This document shows, one piece after another, positions 20,071-30,650 of a stretch of DNA of 64,000 bases. The position numbers and the translations under genes were made by a program. The first letter of the stretch is position 1. Each line of letters begins with the position of its first letter. Source of the DNA: a virus; the IMG/VR virus record IMGVR_UViG_3300033273_000658, positions 32,001 through 96,000 of that record. One strand, 5' to 3'. The notes under the pieces were generated by a model that was not told the origin of the DNA, searched no databases, and saw nothing but the letters and a program-made list of their open reading frames with translations.

Positions 20071-20100
20071 AAGCCATGGAGCAGGGCTTAAACTGCTCCA
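20071..20100 (+). ncRNA. Predicted H-type pseudoknot in the recA leader
   Basis: AAGCC-A-TGGAGCAG-GGCTT-AAA-CTGCTCCA with perfect 5 bp and 8 bp stems. Confidence 0.6.
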
Positions 20101-20118
20101 ACTTACAATGGAGAAACA

Positions 20119-21219
20119 ATGACTAAAGCAGGTAAAATTGACCTAAAAGCGATGCAAAAACTTGTTAACAAAAAGACCGGCTTAAACGTTGCTCACAACC
20201 TAAACGAAAATAATCCCACTATTGTGAAAGAGTGGATTCCGACAGGGTCTCGCTGGCTTGATTCTATTACATGTAGAGGAAGACTTGGTGGTATTCCAGT
20301 AGGAAAGATAACAGAGATTGCCGGACTATCTGGTGCCGGTAAATCATTCATGGCTGCTCAAATTGCTGCTAATGCTCAGAAGATGGGAAAGTTTCCTGTA
20401 TACTTTGATGCTGAATCTGCAATTGACCCAGAATTCTTGGAGAATGCCGGAATTGATACTCAAAACCTAATGTATGTTCAGGCAATCTCTGTTGAAAAAG
20501 TATTAGAAACAATTGAGACTCTTATCGATCAATACGAAGACACACAATTCTTGTTTATCTGGGACTCAATTGCTGCAACAAGTTCTGAAAAAGAACTTGA
20601 ATCAGATTTTAATCCTCAATCAACAATGTCCGTTAAGCCAAGAATCTTTGGCAAGGCATTTCCCAAACTAACTATTCCCTTGGCTAATGGACAACACACT
20701 TTGCTTCTGATAAACCAGTTGAAAACCAACATCAATACTCAGAACCCAATGGCTGCACTTATTGAGCCTTACATTGCTCCCGGTGGCAAAGCTATTGAAT
20801 ACTTCTGTTCTATGCGTATTTGGCTTACAAAGCGTAAATCAAAGGCAGCATACTTGCAAGATGATACTGGTCTTCGTATTGGTTCGGAAGTAAAGTGTAA
20901 ACTTCAGAAGTCTCGTTTCGGGACTGAAGGAAGAGAGTGCACATTCAAAATTCTATGGTCTGGTGGCGCTGCTATTCAAGATGAAGAGTCTTGGCTGTTA
21001 GCACTCAAATCCTCTGGAACCAAACGCTTGAAGTTATCAGGTGCATGGTATACTCTTGTTGATAAAGATGGAAAAGAAATGAAATTCCAAGGAAAACAAT
21101 GGAAGGCAAAGCTTCAAGATCCACATTTTAGACAAACAGTTCTAGATATTATGGATGAAGAGATTGTTAAGAAATTTGATTCCGAAGGTAAAAATTTTGG
21201 TGTGAGTGAAGACGACTAG
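20119..21219 (+). CDS. recA: RecA/UvsX recombinase
   Basis: IPTGS, GKITEIAGLSGAGKS, FDAESA, WDSIAA, INQLK and PGGKAIEY. Confidence 0.93.
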   Translation: MTKAGKIDLKAMQKLVNKKTGLNVAHNLNENNPTIVKEWIPTGSRWLDSITCRGRLGGIPVGKITEIAGLSGAGKSFMAAQIAANAQKMGKFPVYFDAESAIDPEFLENAGIDTQNLMYVQAISVEKVLETIETLIDQYEDTQFLFIWDSIAATSSEKELESDFNPQSTMSVKPRIFGKAFPKLTIPLANGQHTLLLINQLKTNINTQNPMAALIEPYIAPGGKAIEYFCSMRIWLTKRKSKAAYLQDDTGLRIGSEVKCKLQKSRFGTEGRECTFKILWSGGAAIQDEESWLLALKSSGTKRLKLSGAWYTLVDKDGKEMKFQGKQWKAKLQDPHFRQTVLDIMDEEIVKKFDSEGKNFGVSEDD

Positions 21220-21242
21220 TTTTGTTTTCATGTTTTTCTCCT

Positions 21243-21278
21243 GGCGGTGGGTTGTGGTTGGCTCACCGCCTTTTTTTT
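21243..21278 (+). terminator. Rho-independent terminator
   Basis: GGCGGTGGGTT...GGCTCACCGCC followed by T8. Confidence 0.85.
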
Positions 21279-21289
21279 ATTGTTTTTAC

Positions 21290-21318
21290 TTGACAAATTG
21301 AGATCAATATGATATAAT
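21290..21318 (+). promoter_or_regulatory. Consensus sigma70 promoter
   Basis: TTGACA-N17-TATAAT. Confidence 0.8.
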
Positions 21319-21337
21319 ATAAAAGGAGGAAGGAAAA

Positions 21338-21490
21338 ATGAATGATAAACTTTGGCTATTAGTTGATAGTGTTCACAAAAAACTATTGAGAGCGAGACTT
21401 TGGGCAACTTCGCTTGATGATTACAAACAAGACATTGAAGATGCGATAAAAGCATTGGAAGAGGCAAAAAGAAAGATGGAGGAAAAATGA
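21338..21490 (+). CDS. 50 aa hypothetical coiled-coil protein (not in ORF track)
   Basis: AGGAGG RBS; MNDKLWLLVDSVHKK...MEEK; ATGA overlap with the next gene. Confidence 0.65.
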   Translation: MNDKLWLLVDSVHKKLLRARLWATSLDDYKQDIEDAIKALEEAKRKMEEK

Positions 21491-21996
21491 GCGAGTGCCC
21501 TTATAAAAAAGATCTTAGTAGGTTTTTAGAGTTGGTTGTAAAACCAATGAAAGAGTTTAATGGATTTCCACCATGTCCATTTGCCGCTAAAGAATTGAAT
21601 CAAGATAAATTAATGATAGATGTTATAAACCCAGAAGAAACTGACATAATTAAAATGATAAAGAAATTAGAAGAATCAAATTATGACAGTGCTCTTCTTA
21701 TACAGAAAACAGAAAATCAGATTTCTGGAGCTGAGACAGGCAGTTATCAAAAGTTTTTGAATAAAATTCTAAAAGAATTCGGATACGAAAATTATAGGTG
21801 TATCTGTATGAATCCCAACGATCCCTTTGAATCAGATGGATACAACATAAGAAGTGAATCGCCGTACTTTTTGATAAACGTTGTAAAGAAAAATTTTTTA
21901 TTTGATGCTAATCGAAAAATGAAGAATACAAAGTACTATGACAAAATGAATGAAGAGTATTTAAATTATTTAAATGTAAAGAGGAGGAAAAAATGA
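21487..21996 (+). CDS. DUF1415-like protein
   Basis: PPCPFA motif and RSESPYFLINV. Confidence 0.5.
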   Translation: MSECPYKKDLSRFLELVVKPMKEFNGFPPCPFAAKELNQDKLMIDVINPEETDIIKMIKKLEESNYDSALLIQKTENQISGAETGSYQKFLNKILKEFGYENYRCICMNPNDPFESDGYNIRSESPYFLINVVKKNFLFDANRKMKNTKYYDKMNEEYLNYLNVKRRKK

Positions 21997-22331
21997 GAGC
22001 ATTATTTGCAATTATATTATTTACAGCAGCCCAGATTTTAGCTTGGTTTCAATCAAACTCTGGTATTATCGGAGAACCATTTAAATCAAATTATGTTTTA
22101 ATAGCTTTGATTTTTGGACCTATTGTATCCCTATTGTTTGCTCACGCAACAATAATGCTTTATGAGTCTATGCCTTTGTGGTCCATCAGGTTTGTAACAT
22201 TTGCGATAGGTTATTTAATTTTCATACCATTGACTTGGTATTTCTTGGGAGAAGAGGTGTTTACCCTTAAGAACATTTTATCGTTCTTGTTGTGTTGTGC
22301 TTTGATCTCAATACAGTTTTTCATGAAATAG
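21993..22331 (+). CDS. Small 4-TM membrane protein (DMT/SMR-like)
   Basis: Four hydrophobic helices and YFLGEE motif. Confidence 0.55.
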   Translation: MRALFAIILFTAAQILAWFQSNSGIIGEPFKSNYVLIALIFGPIVSLLFAHATIMLYESMPLWSIRFVTFAIGYLIFIPLTWYFLGEEVFTLKNILSFLLCCALISIQFFMK

Positions 22332-22339
22332 GAGGAGAA

Positions 22340-23290
22340 ATGAAAAGGGTTATGATTATTGATGGTCTCAACATGTTTTTGAGGTCATACATCAACGTTC
22401 CGTCAATGGATAAGCACGGAGCACCGAACGGAGGAACATACGGCTTCATGAAGTCGCTCCAAAAAATTTGCGGGATGTTCAGTCCAGATCAGGTTATTAT
22501 CTGTTGGGATGGACAAGGAGGCTCGCAAAAGCGCAAGCAAATGAACAGTGACTACAAAGCAGGTAGAGCACCTGTTCGTTTCAATCGGAGACTTATTGAC
22601 TTGTCACCAGAAGAAGCAGACAAGAATAAATACAATCAACAGTACCGTTTGATGGAGTATCTTAACGATCTTCCCATCATTCAAACAATGATTGATTATA
22701 TCGAAGCAGACGATTGTATTTCTTACATTTGTCAACATAAGAAATACGAAGATTGGGAGAAGCTGATAGTCTCCTCAGATAAGGATTTTTTCCAGCTAAT
22801 TTCAAAGAAAACCAAGCTGTATCGTCCGATACAAGACAAGGTGGTAGATTACCCTACCTTGCTTGAAGAACACAAAATTCACCCCAAAAATTTCGCATTA
22901 GCGAGAAGTTTGGTTGGAGATAAATCGGACAATCTTCCGGGTGTTCCGAGAGTCGGTTTGAAGACAGTCGCTGGTAAATTTACATTTCTAAAAGAAGACA
23001 AACAGTATGAAGTTGAAGACATTATGCAGCATTGTGAATCTTTAGATAAAATGCTTAAGGTTCACGAAAACATTTTAGAACATTCTCATCTAGTTGAGAA
23101 GAACTTTGAAATAATGCAACTATATAGTCCACTCATTTCTAATCTACATAAAAAGCAAATAAATTTTTCTTTGGAAGAGTTTGAGCCTGAGATGAATAAA
23201 CTAGAAATCATGAAAAAGCTCGTAGCAGACGGCATTAATGCAGGAAACTTTAATGTTTTGTTTAATGCAATGAAAAAAATAACTTTATAA
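22340..23290 (+). CDS. 5'-3' exonuclease/flap endonuclease (PolA N-terminal, T4 RNase H-like)
   Basis: IIDGLN, WDG, YKAGR, EADD, SSDKDF, GDKSDNLPGVPRVGLKT; start at the ATG after GGAGG. Confidence 0.92.
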   Translation: MKRVMIIDGLNMFLRSYINVPSMDKHGAPNGGTYGFMKSLQKICGMFSPDQVIICWDGQGGSQKRKQMNSDYKAGRAPVRFNRRLIDLSPEEADKNKYNQQYRLMEYLNDLPIIQTMIDYIEADDCISYICQHKKYEDWEKLIVSSDKDFFQLISKKTKLYRPIQDKVVDYPTLLEEHKIHPKNFALARSLVGDKSDNLPGVPRVGLKTVAGKFTFLKEDKQYEVEDIMQHCESLDKMLKVHENILEHSHLVEKNFEIMQLYSPLISNLHKKQINFSLEEFEPEMNKLEIMKKLVADGINAGNFNVLFNAMKKITL

Positions 23291-23300
23291 AAATAAAAAC

Positions 23301-23328
23301 TTGACAGACTTTTAAATTATGTTATAAT
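23301..23328 (+). promoter_or_regulatory. Sigma70 promoter
   Basis: TTGACA-N16-TATAAT with TG. Confidence 0.7.
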
Positions 23329-23349
23329 ACTTATAACATCGGAGGAAAC

Positions 23350-24708
23350 ATGAATAACAAAACGGAAACGTTTCAAAGGTTTGGCAAAGCCTTTCAAGAA
23401 AAATTCTGCCACATTATGCTTTCGGACAGACCATTTTGCGATCAAGTTGCAGAGGTTTTGAACGTGGAGTTTTTGGATTATGAATACCTTCGTGTATTTA
23501 CCCAGATTCTCTTTGAGCATAGAACAAAGTATAAGGTACACCCTTCTTATGAGATCATGGAATCAAGAATCAGGACAGAATGTAACAAGTATACAAAAGC
23601 ACTCAAAGAACAGCTTTTGCAATTCTACGCATCCATTCTTGCCACTGACCGTATTGACAACTCACAGTACATTAAGGATAGTTCAATCGACTTCTGTCGC
23701 AAACAAGTGCTTAAGGGCGCTATGATGAAGTCAGTTAAACTTATTAAGTCATCGTCATTCGATGAAATCCAGTCTGTTATTGAGGAAGCCTTGAAGCTAG
23801 GAACCGACAACAACTTTGGTCATGACTTCATCAAAGACTTTGAGGAACGATATACAATTACATCGCGAGATCCTGTTTCCACAGGTTTTGAACGCATTGA
23901 TGAGATTTGTAAGGGCGGTCTTGGTAAGTCTGAGTTAGGAGTTGTTATTGCACCAACAGGTGCTGGAAAGTCAATGGTATTGGTTCACTTAGGTTCCGAA
24001 GCGCTAAAGCAAGGCAAGACTGTTGTACACTACACATTGGAGTTACAAGATACGGTTGTTGGTAATCGTTATGATTCTTGCATTTCGGGTGTACCTTTGG
24101 GAGATCTCTTTCATAACAAACAGCAGGTTCTTTACAAAATTAAAGACATTCCTGGTCAACTTATTATAAAAGAGTATCCCACAAAGTCTGCATCAACAGA
24201 GACTATCAAGCAACACATCGAACGTCTTAAAAAACGTGGTATTGAGCCTGATATGATCATTGTTGATTATGCTGATCTTCTGCGACCTGTTCGTTCAACT
24301 GCTGAGAAGCGCTTTGATCTTGAGAACACTTATGAAGAGCTGCGAGCAATTGCTCAAATCTATAAGTGCCCTGTTTGGACTGCTTCCCAGACAAACCGTT
24401 CCGGTCTCAATGCAGAAGTTATCACCATGGAAGCTATTTCAGAAGCATTCAATAAGTGTTTCGTTGCAGACTTTATTTGTTCTTTGTCTCGTACTGTTCA
24501 AGACAAGCAAGCTAATAAAGGCCGCATGTTTATTGCAAAGAACAGAAATGGTCCCGATGGCCTTATATTCCCAGCGTTTGTTGACTGGTCGAATGTAAAC
24601 ATGAAGGTTTTAAACCAAGAAAGTGGAGAGTCTATCGCTGATGTTATCAAAGACTCAGATAGAAATACTCTAGACTTTCTTAAAGAAAAATATAAAAAAC
24701 ATAAATGA
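23350..24708 (+). CDS. Replicative DNA helicase (DnaB/gp41-like)
   Basis: APTGAGKS, TLEL, IIVDYADL, TASQTNR and KNRNGPDG. Confidence 0.92.
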   Translation: MNNKTETFQRFGKAFQEKFCHIMLSDRPFCDQVAEVLNVEFLDYEYLRVFTQILFEHRTKYKVHPSYEIMESRIRTECNKYTKALKEQLLQFYASILATDRIDNSQYIKDSSIDFCRKQVLKGAMMKSVKLIKSSSFDEIQSVIEEALKLGTDNNFGHDFIKDFEERYTITSRDPVSTGFERIDEICKGGLGKSELGVVIAPTGAGKSMVLVHLGSEALKQGKTVVHYTLELQDTVVGNRYDSCISGVPLGDLFHNKQQVLYKIKDIPGQLIIKEYPTKSASTETIKQHIERLKKRGIEPDMIIVDYADLLRPVRSTAEKRFDLENTYEELRAIAQIYKCPVWTASQTNRSGLNAEVITMEAISEAFNKCFVADFICSLSRTVQDKQANKGRMFIAKNRNGPDGLIFPAFVDWSNVNMKVLNQESGESIADVIKDSDRNTLDFLKEKYKKHK

Positions 24709-24717
24709 GGATTTAAA

Positions 24718-26691
24718 ATGTTAAAATTAAAAGATGTAAATGTAAGAAAGTTTCGACTTTCTGAGCAGTTTATTGCTCAATATAAAGAAGCCGAGGTTCC
24801 TTGGGGACCTGTCGGCTATGTTACGTTTAAGCGTACATATGCTCGTCGTTTGAGCGAGTTTGAAGAAGGTGCTGAAGGAACTGAAGAATGGTGGCAAACA
24901 TGTCGCCGTGTTATCGAAGGAATGTTTGATATTCAGAAACGTCACGCTTTCATGATCGGAATTGAATGGAATGATGCTAAAGCTCAGAAAACAGCTAAAG
25001 AAGCGTATGATCGCCTGTTCAATCTTAAGTGGACACCACCCGGTCGTGGTCTTTGGATGATGGGCACCAAGTTTATCATGGAGAGAACAGGCGCAGGTCT
25101 TTTCAACTGTGCTTTCCGCTCTACACGAGACATTGCTAATAAAGGTGGATATCTCTTTGCTTGGATGATGGATGCTCTCATGGTTGGCATCGGTGTCGGC
25201 TTTGATACACTTGGAGCTAAAACTTTTTCTGTAAAAGAACCACAGTGGACAAATGATACACTACTTATTGAGGATTCTCGTGAAGGTTGGGTTAATAGTG
25301 TTCATATCCTATTGGATGGTTACATACTTGGTAAAAAAGTTCCCAACTTTGATTACTCCGCTATTCGTGGAAAAGGTGAACCAATCCGTGGTTTTGGTGG
25401 AACATCTTCCGGTCCTGATCCACTCATTGAATTGCACAATAATTTGAGAGAACTTCTCGGTCCAAAAGTAGGAGAGTTAATTGAGTCTGTTGATATTGTT
25501 GACATTGAGAACCTTATTGGTCGTTGTGTCGTTGCTGGTAATGTACGCCGTTCTGCTGCACTTGCAATCGGTGGGTATGATGATAAAGATTATCTTACGA
25601 TGAAGAATGATCAAGAGAAGCTTTATCACCATCGTTGGGGATCTAACAACTCCTTTGAAGCAAAGGTTGGTATGGACTACACTTGGCATGCTGCTCAATC
25701 TGCAATCAATGGAGAACCTGGTTATATTTGGTTGGATAATGCCCGTAATTACGGACGTATGAAGGACGGAAAGCGTTCTGATGACCTTAAGGTGATGGGG
25801 TTCAACCCTTGCGTGGAACAACAGCTTGAAGACGCAGAACTTTGTTGTTTGGTGGAAACATTCCCTGCCAAGCACGATACATACGAAGACTATGTCAAGA
25901 CTCTTGAAATTGCTTATATGTATGGAAAGACTGTAACTCTTATCAACACTCATTGGCCTGAGACAAATGCTATCATGCTAAAGAATCGCCGTATTGGTCT
26001 TTCTCAATCTGGTGTTATCCAAGCGTTCAACAAGTTTGGAAGACGCACAATGATTAACTGGTGTGATGATGCTTATAAGCATGTTGAAGAACTTGATACA
26101 AAATACTCAGACTGGCTCTGTGTTCCACGCTCTGTCCGTATGACTTCTATCAAGCCATCAGGCACAGTGTCTCTTCTTAACGGTTCAACACCGGGTATTC
26201 ACTATCCAGAGGATGAGTACTACATCCGCCGTATACGTTTTGCTGAGACCTCTGACATTCTTCCAACACTTGAAAAAGCTGGTTATAAGATTGAAAAAGA
26301 TTCTTACTCTCCAAACACTATGTGTGTTGAGTTTCCTGTTCATGAGCCGTTCTTTAAGAAAGGAAAGCGAGAGATTACAATGTGGGAGCAACTTGAGATT
26401 GCTGCGCAGTATCAATATTATTGGGCTGACAACTCTGTTTCTATCACCGTGACTTTCCAAGAGCACGAAGCAGAAGAGATCAAGGATGCACTTGAAATGT
26501 ATGAAGCGAGACTAAAAGCTGTTTCGTTCCTTAAATATCAAGAGACCGGATACAAACAAGCACCTTATGAGCCAATCACTAAAGAAGAATATGAGAAGAT
26601 GATTGTAGGCATCACTCCTGTTCAAAAGATTGAGACATCCGAAAGTGGTGTAGGATCCAAGTTCTGTTCAAACGACACATGCGAATTATAG
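24718..26691 (+). CDS. nrdJ: Class II (B12-dependent) ribonucleoside-triphosphate reductase
   Basis: PPGRGLW, FNCAF, GNVRRSA, NPCVEQ, IKPSGTVSLL and C-terminal CSNDTC. Confidence 0.92.
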   Translation: MLKLKDVNVRKFRLSEQFIAQYKEAEVPWGPVGYVTFKRTYARRLSEFEEGAEGTEEWWQTCRRVIEGMFDIQKRHAFMIGIEWNDAKAQKTAKEAYDRLFNLKWTPPGRGLWMMGTKFIMERTGAGLFNCAFRSTRDIANKGGYLFAWMMDALMVGIGVGFDTLGAKTFSVKEPQWTNDTLLIEDSREGWVNSVHILLDGYILGKKVPNFDYSAIRGKGEPIRGFGGTSSGPDPLIELHNNLRELLGPKVGELIESVDIVDIENLIGRCVVAGNVRRSAALAIGGYDDKDYLTMKNDQEKLYHHRWGSNNSFEAKVGMDYTWHAAQSAINGEPGYIWLDNARNYGRMKDGKRSDDLKVMGFNPCVEQQLEDAELCCLVETFPAKHDTYEDYVKTLEIAYMYGKTVTLINTHWPETNAIMLKNRRIGLSQSGVIQAFNKFGRRTMINWCDDAYKHVEELDTKYSDWLCVPRSVRMTSIKPSGTVSLLNGSTPGIHYPEDEYYIRRIRFAETSDILPTLEKAGYKIEKDSYSPNTMCVEFPVHEPFFKKGKREITMWEQLEIAAQYQYYWADNSVSITVTFQEHEAEEIKDALEMYEARLKAVSFLKYQETGYKQAPYEPITKEEYEKMIVGITPVQKIETSESGVGSKFCSNDTCEL

Positions 26692-26699
26692 GAGGCAAA

Positions 26700-26966
26700 A
26701 TGAAACCATTTAACAGACACATACTTATCAAACTAGTTGAGAAGAAACAAGAAAAGAAAGAATCCTTGATTGTTCTTCCAACTGATTATAAAAAACCAGA
26801 GTCGCCACATCAACTTGGTGTGGTGTTGGAGACGGCAGAGGATTGTTCCCTGCCGGTCTCTGCAGGAGATACCGTTGTTTTTGAGAAAAGAATGATAAAT
26901 AAGATACAAATAGATGAAGAAACCTACTATTTAGTGTTAGAAAATTACATTTATGGGAGAATTTAA
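26700..26966 (+). CDS. groES: Co-chaperonin GroES-like protein
   Basis: MKPFNRHILIK, IVLP, VSAGDTVVF and ENYIYG; GroEL is also in the window. Confidence 0.75.
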   Translation: MKPFNRHILIKLVEKKQEKKESLIVLPTDYKKPESPHQLGVVLETAEDCSLPVSAGDTVVFEKRMINKIQIDEETYYLVLENYIYGRI

Positions 26967-27767
26967 ATGAAACTTACAGCTGAAAAATTAAAATCTTTGA
27001 TTAAAGAAGTCAAGTCTGAAAAAAATAGTGATTCCATGCTTCTTAGTTCACCAAACGATAAAAAAATAATTGTGCAAGAGGGCAAGCACAGCTTTTCTCT
27101 TCAGAGGCTCAACGAAACCACAATGACTGCGATACAAGGTAAATACATGGAGAATGGGTTTGTTGTTTTAACTTCAGACCGCAGTTGTCATGCAGAGCTT
27201 GGTATACCTTATGGAGAACCCTGTCCGGAAAAAGAAGAATACTTTTTCCAACAAAATAACATTGAAAATCGTGAAGTTTTAAAAAAATGGGTTAGATCCA
27301 AAGGCTATGGTTATACACCAGTTTATGGAGGGTTCAAAGAAGATGTTAAAGATGAAGAAGGAAATGTTGTCGGTAAAGTAGATTCACCAGAACCAGAACA
27401 TGCACTTTTGATAATGGCAAGAAATGAAAAAGATTCTACAAACCATTTATCTCTTAAAGATTTTGCAAAAGAAATTTGCGAAGTTTTTAATCAAGATGCT
27501 TTTTTCTACAAGCCGCCAAATTCTGAGGATAAAAATGCATACTTCATTGATAAAGACGGTAAACCATCTCAAACATTTTCGAACTTTGTGTTCGGAGATT
27601 TGCAACAAGACTATTTCACACAGCTAGCTAAAGGAAGAGAAAAATTACAACCAGAAAAAAGATTTTCTGCTATTCCAGAGGCTTTGTATGTTCCCAAACC
27701 ACCACTGTCAGCTGTCGAAGCTAGAGAAAGACGAGGAGAGATTTTCATAACTGTGAGGGGTAAATGA
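26967..27767 (+). CDS. Putative virion internal protein with MKLT..KLK.LIKE leader
   Basis: Leader shared with the 33934 gene; late motif at 26926. Confidence 0.55.
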   Translation: MKLTAEKLKSLIKEVKSEKNSDSMLLSSPNDKKIIVQEGKHSFSLQRLNETTMTAIQGKYMENGFVVLTSDRSCHAELGIPYGEPCPEKEEYFFQQNNIENREVLKKWVRSKGYGYTPVYGGFKEDVKDEEGNVVGKVDSPEPEHALLIMARNEKDSTNHLSLKDFAKEICEVFNQDAFFYKPPNSEDKNAYFIDKDGKPSQTFSNFVFGDLQQDYFTQLAKGREKLQPEKRFSAIPEALYVPKPPLSAVEARERRGEIFITVRGK

Positions 27768-28510
27768 TCAACTATGAAAAATCAATTGATCTCTATGGAG
27801 ATAACATCGGTAGGGTGGACTATGTTTCTCATATGGGTAGCGACCTTACCGTTGTTAATAGTGCTCGTGTCTCTTTTGGTACTACAAAATCAGAACTGGA
27901 TAAACGAGATAGGAAGCTTATCCGCTACCTTATTTCCCACAAGCACACTTCTACTTTGGAGCATTGTGTTGTTACCTATAAATTTACTGTCCCTTTATTC
28001 ATTCGTTCTCAACATCACCGTCACAGAACGTGGAGTTATAACGAAATTAGTAGACGATACACAGACAAAGAACTTCGGTTTTATTGTCCACGAGAATTTA
28101 GAACACAACACAAATCAAACAGACAAGCCTCAAACGTAGAAGAACTTATTGACCCCTTCCTGTGGCATGATGGAGAGTCTCAAATTATTCCTGCTTTCCA
28201 TCCACAGGCTTCTGAGGTATACCGAGAGCACTGCCAAAGTTCTTTGAACCTATTTCATGAACTAGTTAATAAAGGAGTGTGTAGAGAACAAGCAAGAGGC
28301 GTTTTACCACAAACACTTTACACAGAATATTATGGAACTTGCAATCTCAATAACCTTCTTAAATTTGTTTCTCTTCGTTTACATGATGGTGCACAATATG
28401 AAATACAAAAAGTCGCAGAAGCATGCTTGGAAATCGCCACCGACCTTTTCCCTGTCACAGTCAAAGCGTACAGAAATGCAACTGGTCACAGCGAAGTACA
28501 GCAAGGGTGA
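27764..28510 (+). CDS. thyX: Flavin-dependent thymidylate synthase
   Basis: NSARVSF, RHRTWSYNEISRRY, REQARGVLP and AQYEI. Confidence 0.95.
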   Translation: MINYEKSIDLYGDNIGRVDYVSHMGSDLTVVNSARVSFGTTKSELDKRDRKLIRYLISHKHTSTLEHCVVTYKFTVPLFIRSQHHRHRTWSYNEISRRYTDKELRFYCPREFRTQHKSNRQASNVEELIDPFLWHDGESQIIPAFHPQASEVYREHCQSSLNLFHELVNKGVCREQARGVLPQTLYTEYYGTCNLNNLLKFVSLRLHDGAQYEIQKVAEACLEIATDLFPVTVKAYRNATGHSEVQQG

Positions 28511-28736
28511 TTTAGTAAATTTAAATACATTCGGTCTCATACTGAGATCAACAGGAAATCAAGCGAGGATCGGCATTGTTATGTCGCATCCTCGTAACTA
28601 TTATAAGGCTAACGCAGATCAAGAACTAATCTATTGGGTATATGACGTAGTAGTTGGAAACGAACTAATTATAGACGTACCTCAAGAATTTTTGATAAGG
28701 ATTAATAAAGATGAAAATGAAGAAGATCTTGACTGA
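28476..28736 (+). CDS. SH3/KOW-like 'KGDLV' family protein (start uncertain)
   Basis: YSKGDLVNL...IGIVM...YDVVV. Confidence 0.55.
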   Translation: MQLVTAKYSKGDLVNLNTFGLILRSTGNQARIGIVMSHPRNYYKANADQELIYWVYDVVVGNELIIDVPQEFLIRINKDENEEDLD

Positions 28737-29808
28737 GTGGCGCAAGTTTATTAAAGAAGGCGTTTCAAACGAAGATATAAGAAACAAAGAAATACAAAGA
28801 ATTAATAATTCTAGAATACCAGATAAAGAAGCACAAAAACAAATTGCTTCTATCTACCTGCCAATGTCTTTGATGGGTCATATCCCAAGAGGAGCAAAAG
28901 AGTTTTATGAAAATAAAAGAACATCGGCTAGAGATTTATTAATGATGCTTGATGTCCTAGGAGATGATGTTCATGAACACGAACTACTAAACCGACAAAC
29001 AACAGACTCAGAGTATTTTACAATTGAAACTGTTGGAGGGTTAGCTAAAGGAAGTGCAATAGAGAAGATAAGACTTAGAAGCAAAGTGACAGAAGCATCA
29101 GAAGGTATTTTTGACAGTACACAAGATCTTAAAAAAAGAATATTCACAGCAGAAGATATGATAAGTCAAAAAGATTTTGATTTTTCGAAACTTTCTGGTG
29201 AGTTTGAGCTTGGCCCGTCTAAAGGAGGCTATCACAAAGGGCCTGATAGTGGCAATGCCGGCATTCAGATCCCAAAAGATAAAATGTCTCCTGCCGAGAT
29301 AGCCGAATGGGAAAAAATGATGGATGAGTTTTCGAAACATCATGCGGTTGAGTTATATTGGAACGGCCCAAAAGATAGAGAATTTTATTTAATGCTTCAA
29401 CGTACTCATCAAGAACGAAAAAAGTTTTATGAATACATGTACAAACTTTGGTATGAAAAAACAGGTCCCGAAAACTACTTCACTAATTTATTTTATGATG
29501 CAACATTCGATGAAGGTTACGAGGAAGCGCTTCAACACCTTATTGATAGTATGACTGTTGTAGATGAAAGGCCAGATCAGCAAAAAGCTCTTGATGCGAC
29601 AGCTGAAATAGTGTTGAGTCTTAAAGAAGAATTTGATAATTTAATTGCAGGGACTTCATTACTCACAGGCAAAGATCTGGAAATACACCTAGAAACTATA
29701 GAAATCGTTAAAGAAAAAATGAAAAAAGCCAGAAAGGATTTCCGTGTAGCTCAAAGAAAATTAAGAGATTACCAGAGGGAATTAAGAAGAACTCAGAGTT
29801 CTAAATGA
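28711..29808 (+). CDS. Putative virion internal protein with MKKILTEWRKF leader
   Basis: 365 aa ORF; late motif at 28664. Confidence 0.55.
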   Translation: MKMKKILTEWRKFIKEGVSNEDIRNKEIQRINNSRIPDKEAQKQIASIYLPMSLMGHIPRGAKEFYENKRTSARDLLMMLDVLGDDVHEHELLNRQTTDSEYFTIETVGGLAKGSAIEKIRLRSKVTEASEGIFDSTQDLKKRIFTAEDMISQKDFDFSKLSGEFELGPSKGGYHKGPDSGNAGIQIPKDKMSPAEIAEWEKMMDEFSKHHAVELYWNGPKDREFYLMLQRTHQERKKFYEYMYKLWYEKTGPENYFTNLFYDATFDEGYEEALQHLIDSMTVVDERPDQQKALDATAEIVLSLKEEFDNLIAGTSLLTGKDLEIHLETIEIVKEKMKKARKDFRVAQRKLRDYQRELRRTQSSK

Positions 29809-30650
29809 ATCTAATATTGCCGAAGATAATAACAGGTGGCTCTCTTGAATCCTTGTTCTATGCTTACATCCATGAGACACCGATAGTTCTTACACAACCC
29901 TATGTTCCATTCGAACTTGATATGGTTGAAGATAATTCTTTCTTTGAGCTGCTCGGATATACAGCAGAAATGCCGTTAACCAAAGTTCAAGTGTGGGATC
30001 GACTTGTATTTGTACTCTCAATGGCCGGTCTCGTTATGATGCCCAACAACGTGAGAAATGTCCGAGAAGAAGGGAATAAAATTATCTTCTCATTAAATGA
30101 CAATTCTCGCTTCATTATAGCCTATGAGAGAAAGGTGTCTTTTGATAAACACCTAGATGGCGAAGTTGATGTTTACGATTGGTTCGACATCAGATCAGGA
30201 GCAAAAACAGAATTACAGGAGATAAATGATTCAGAAGATGACCTCGTTCATAAAGTTGTTTTTTATGATTCACGAAGAAAGGGAACAGGAGGTAAAGGCT
30301 TCAAAGACCTTGTCGCTGTATCTCGCATGCAAACGTCGGAGCTACACGAATATGAAAATAGTGAGGGTTACGTCCGCCTTAAAACAATCAAGATGATGAA
30401 AGATCAAGGCATGAGAGGAAGACCGAATGGCTATAACAAGAAAGGCAAACAACAATTTTATGCTCTCAAAATAGAGCACATGCATCGTGAGATTATAAAA
30501 AGATACGAACCAAAATTCACCATGCAAGAAGCAATAAATCAAATAAGAGAAGAGAAGGAGATATGGAAACTTACGAAAAAACTATTACATCAAAAGCAAA
30601 TTTCCATCTTGCGGGAATCGTCCCGGTTGCCGGTGGACATACTAGTTTAA
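29805..30650 (+). CDS. Hypothetical protein with degenerate Rossmann-like N-terminus
   Basis: KIITGGSLESLFYAY; translationally coupled. Confidence 0.6.
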   Translation: MNLILPKIITGGSLESLFYAYIHETPIVLTQPYVPFELDMVEDNSFFELLGYTAEMPLTKVQVWDRLVFVLSMAGLVMMPNNVRNVREEGNKIIFSLNDNSRFIIAYERKVSFDKHLDGEVDVYDWFDIRSGAKTELQEINDSEDDLVHKVVFYDSRRKGTGGKGFKDLVAVSRMQTSELHEYENSEGYVRLKTIKMMKDQGMRGRPNGYNKKGKQQFYALKIEHMHREIIKRYEPKFTMQEAINQIREEKEIWKLTKKLLHQKQISILRESSRLPVDILV

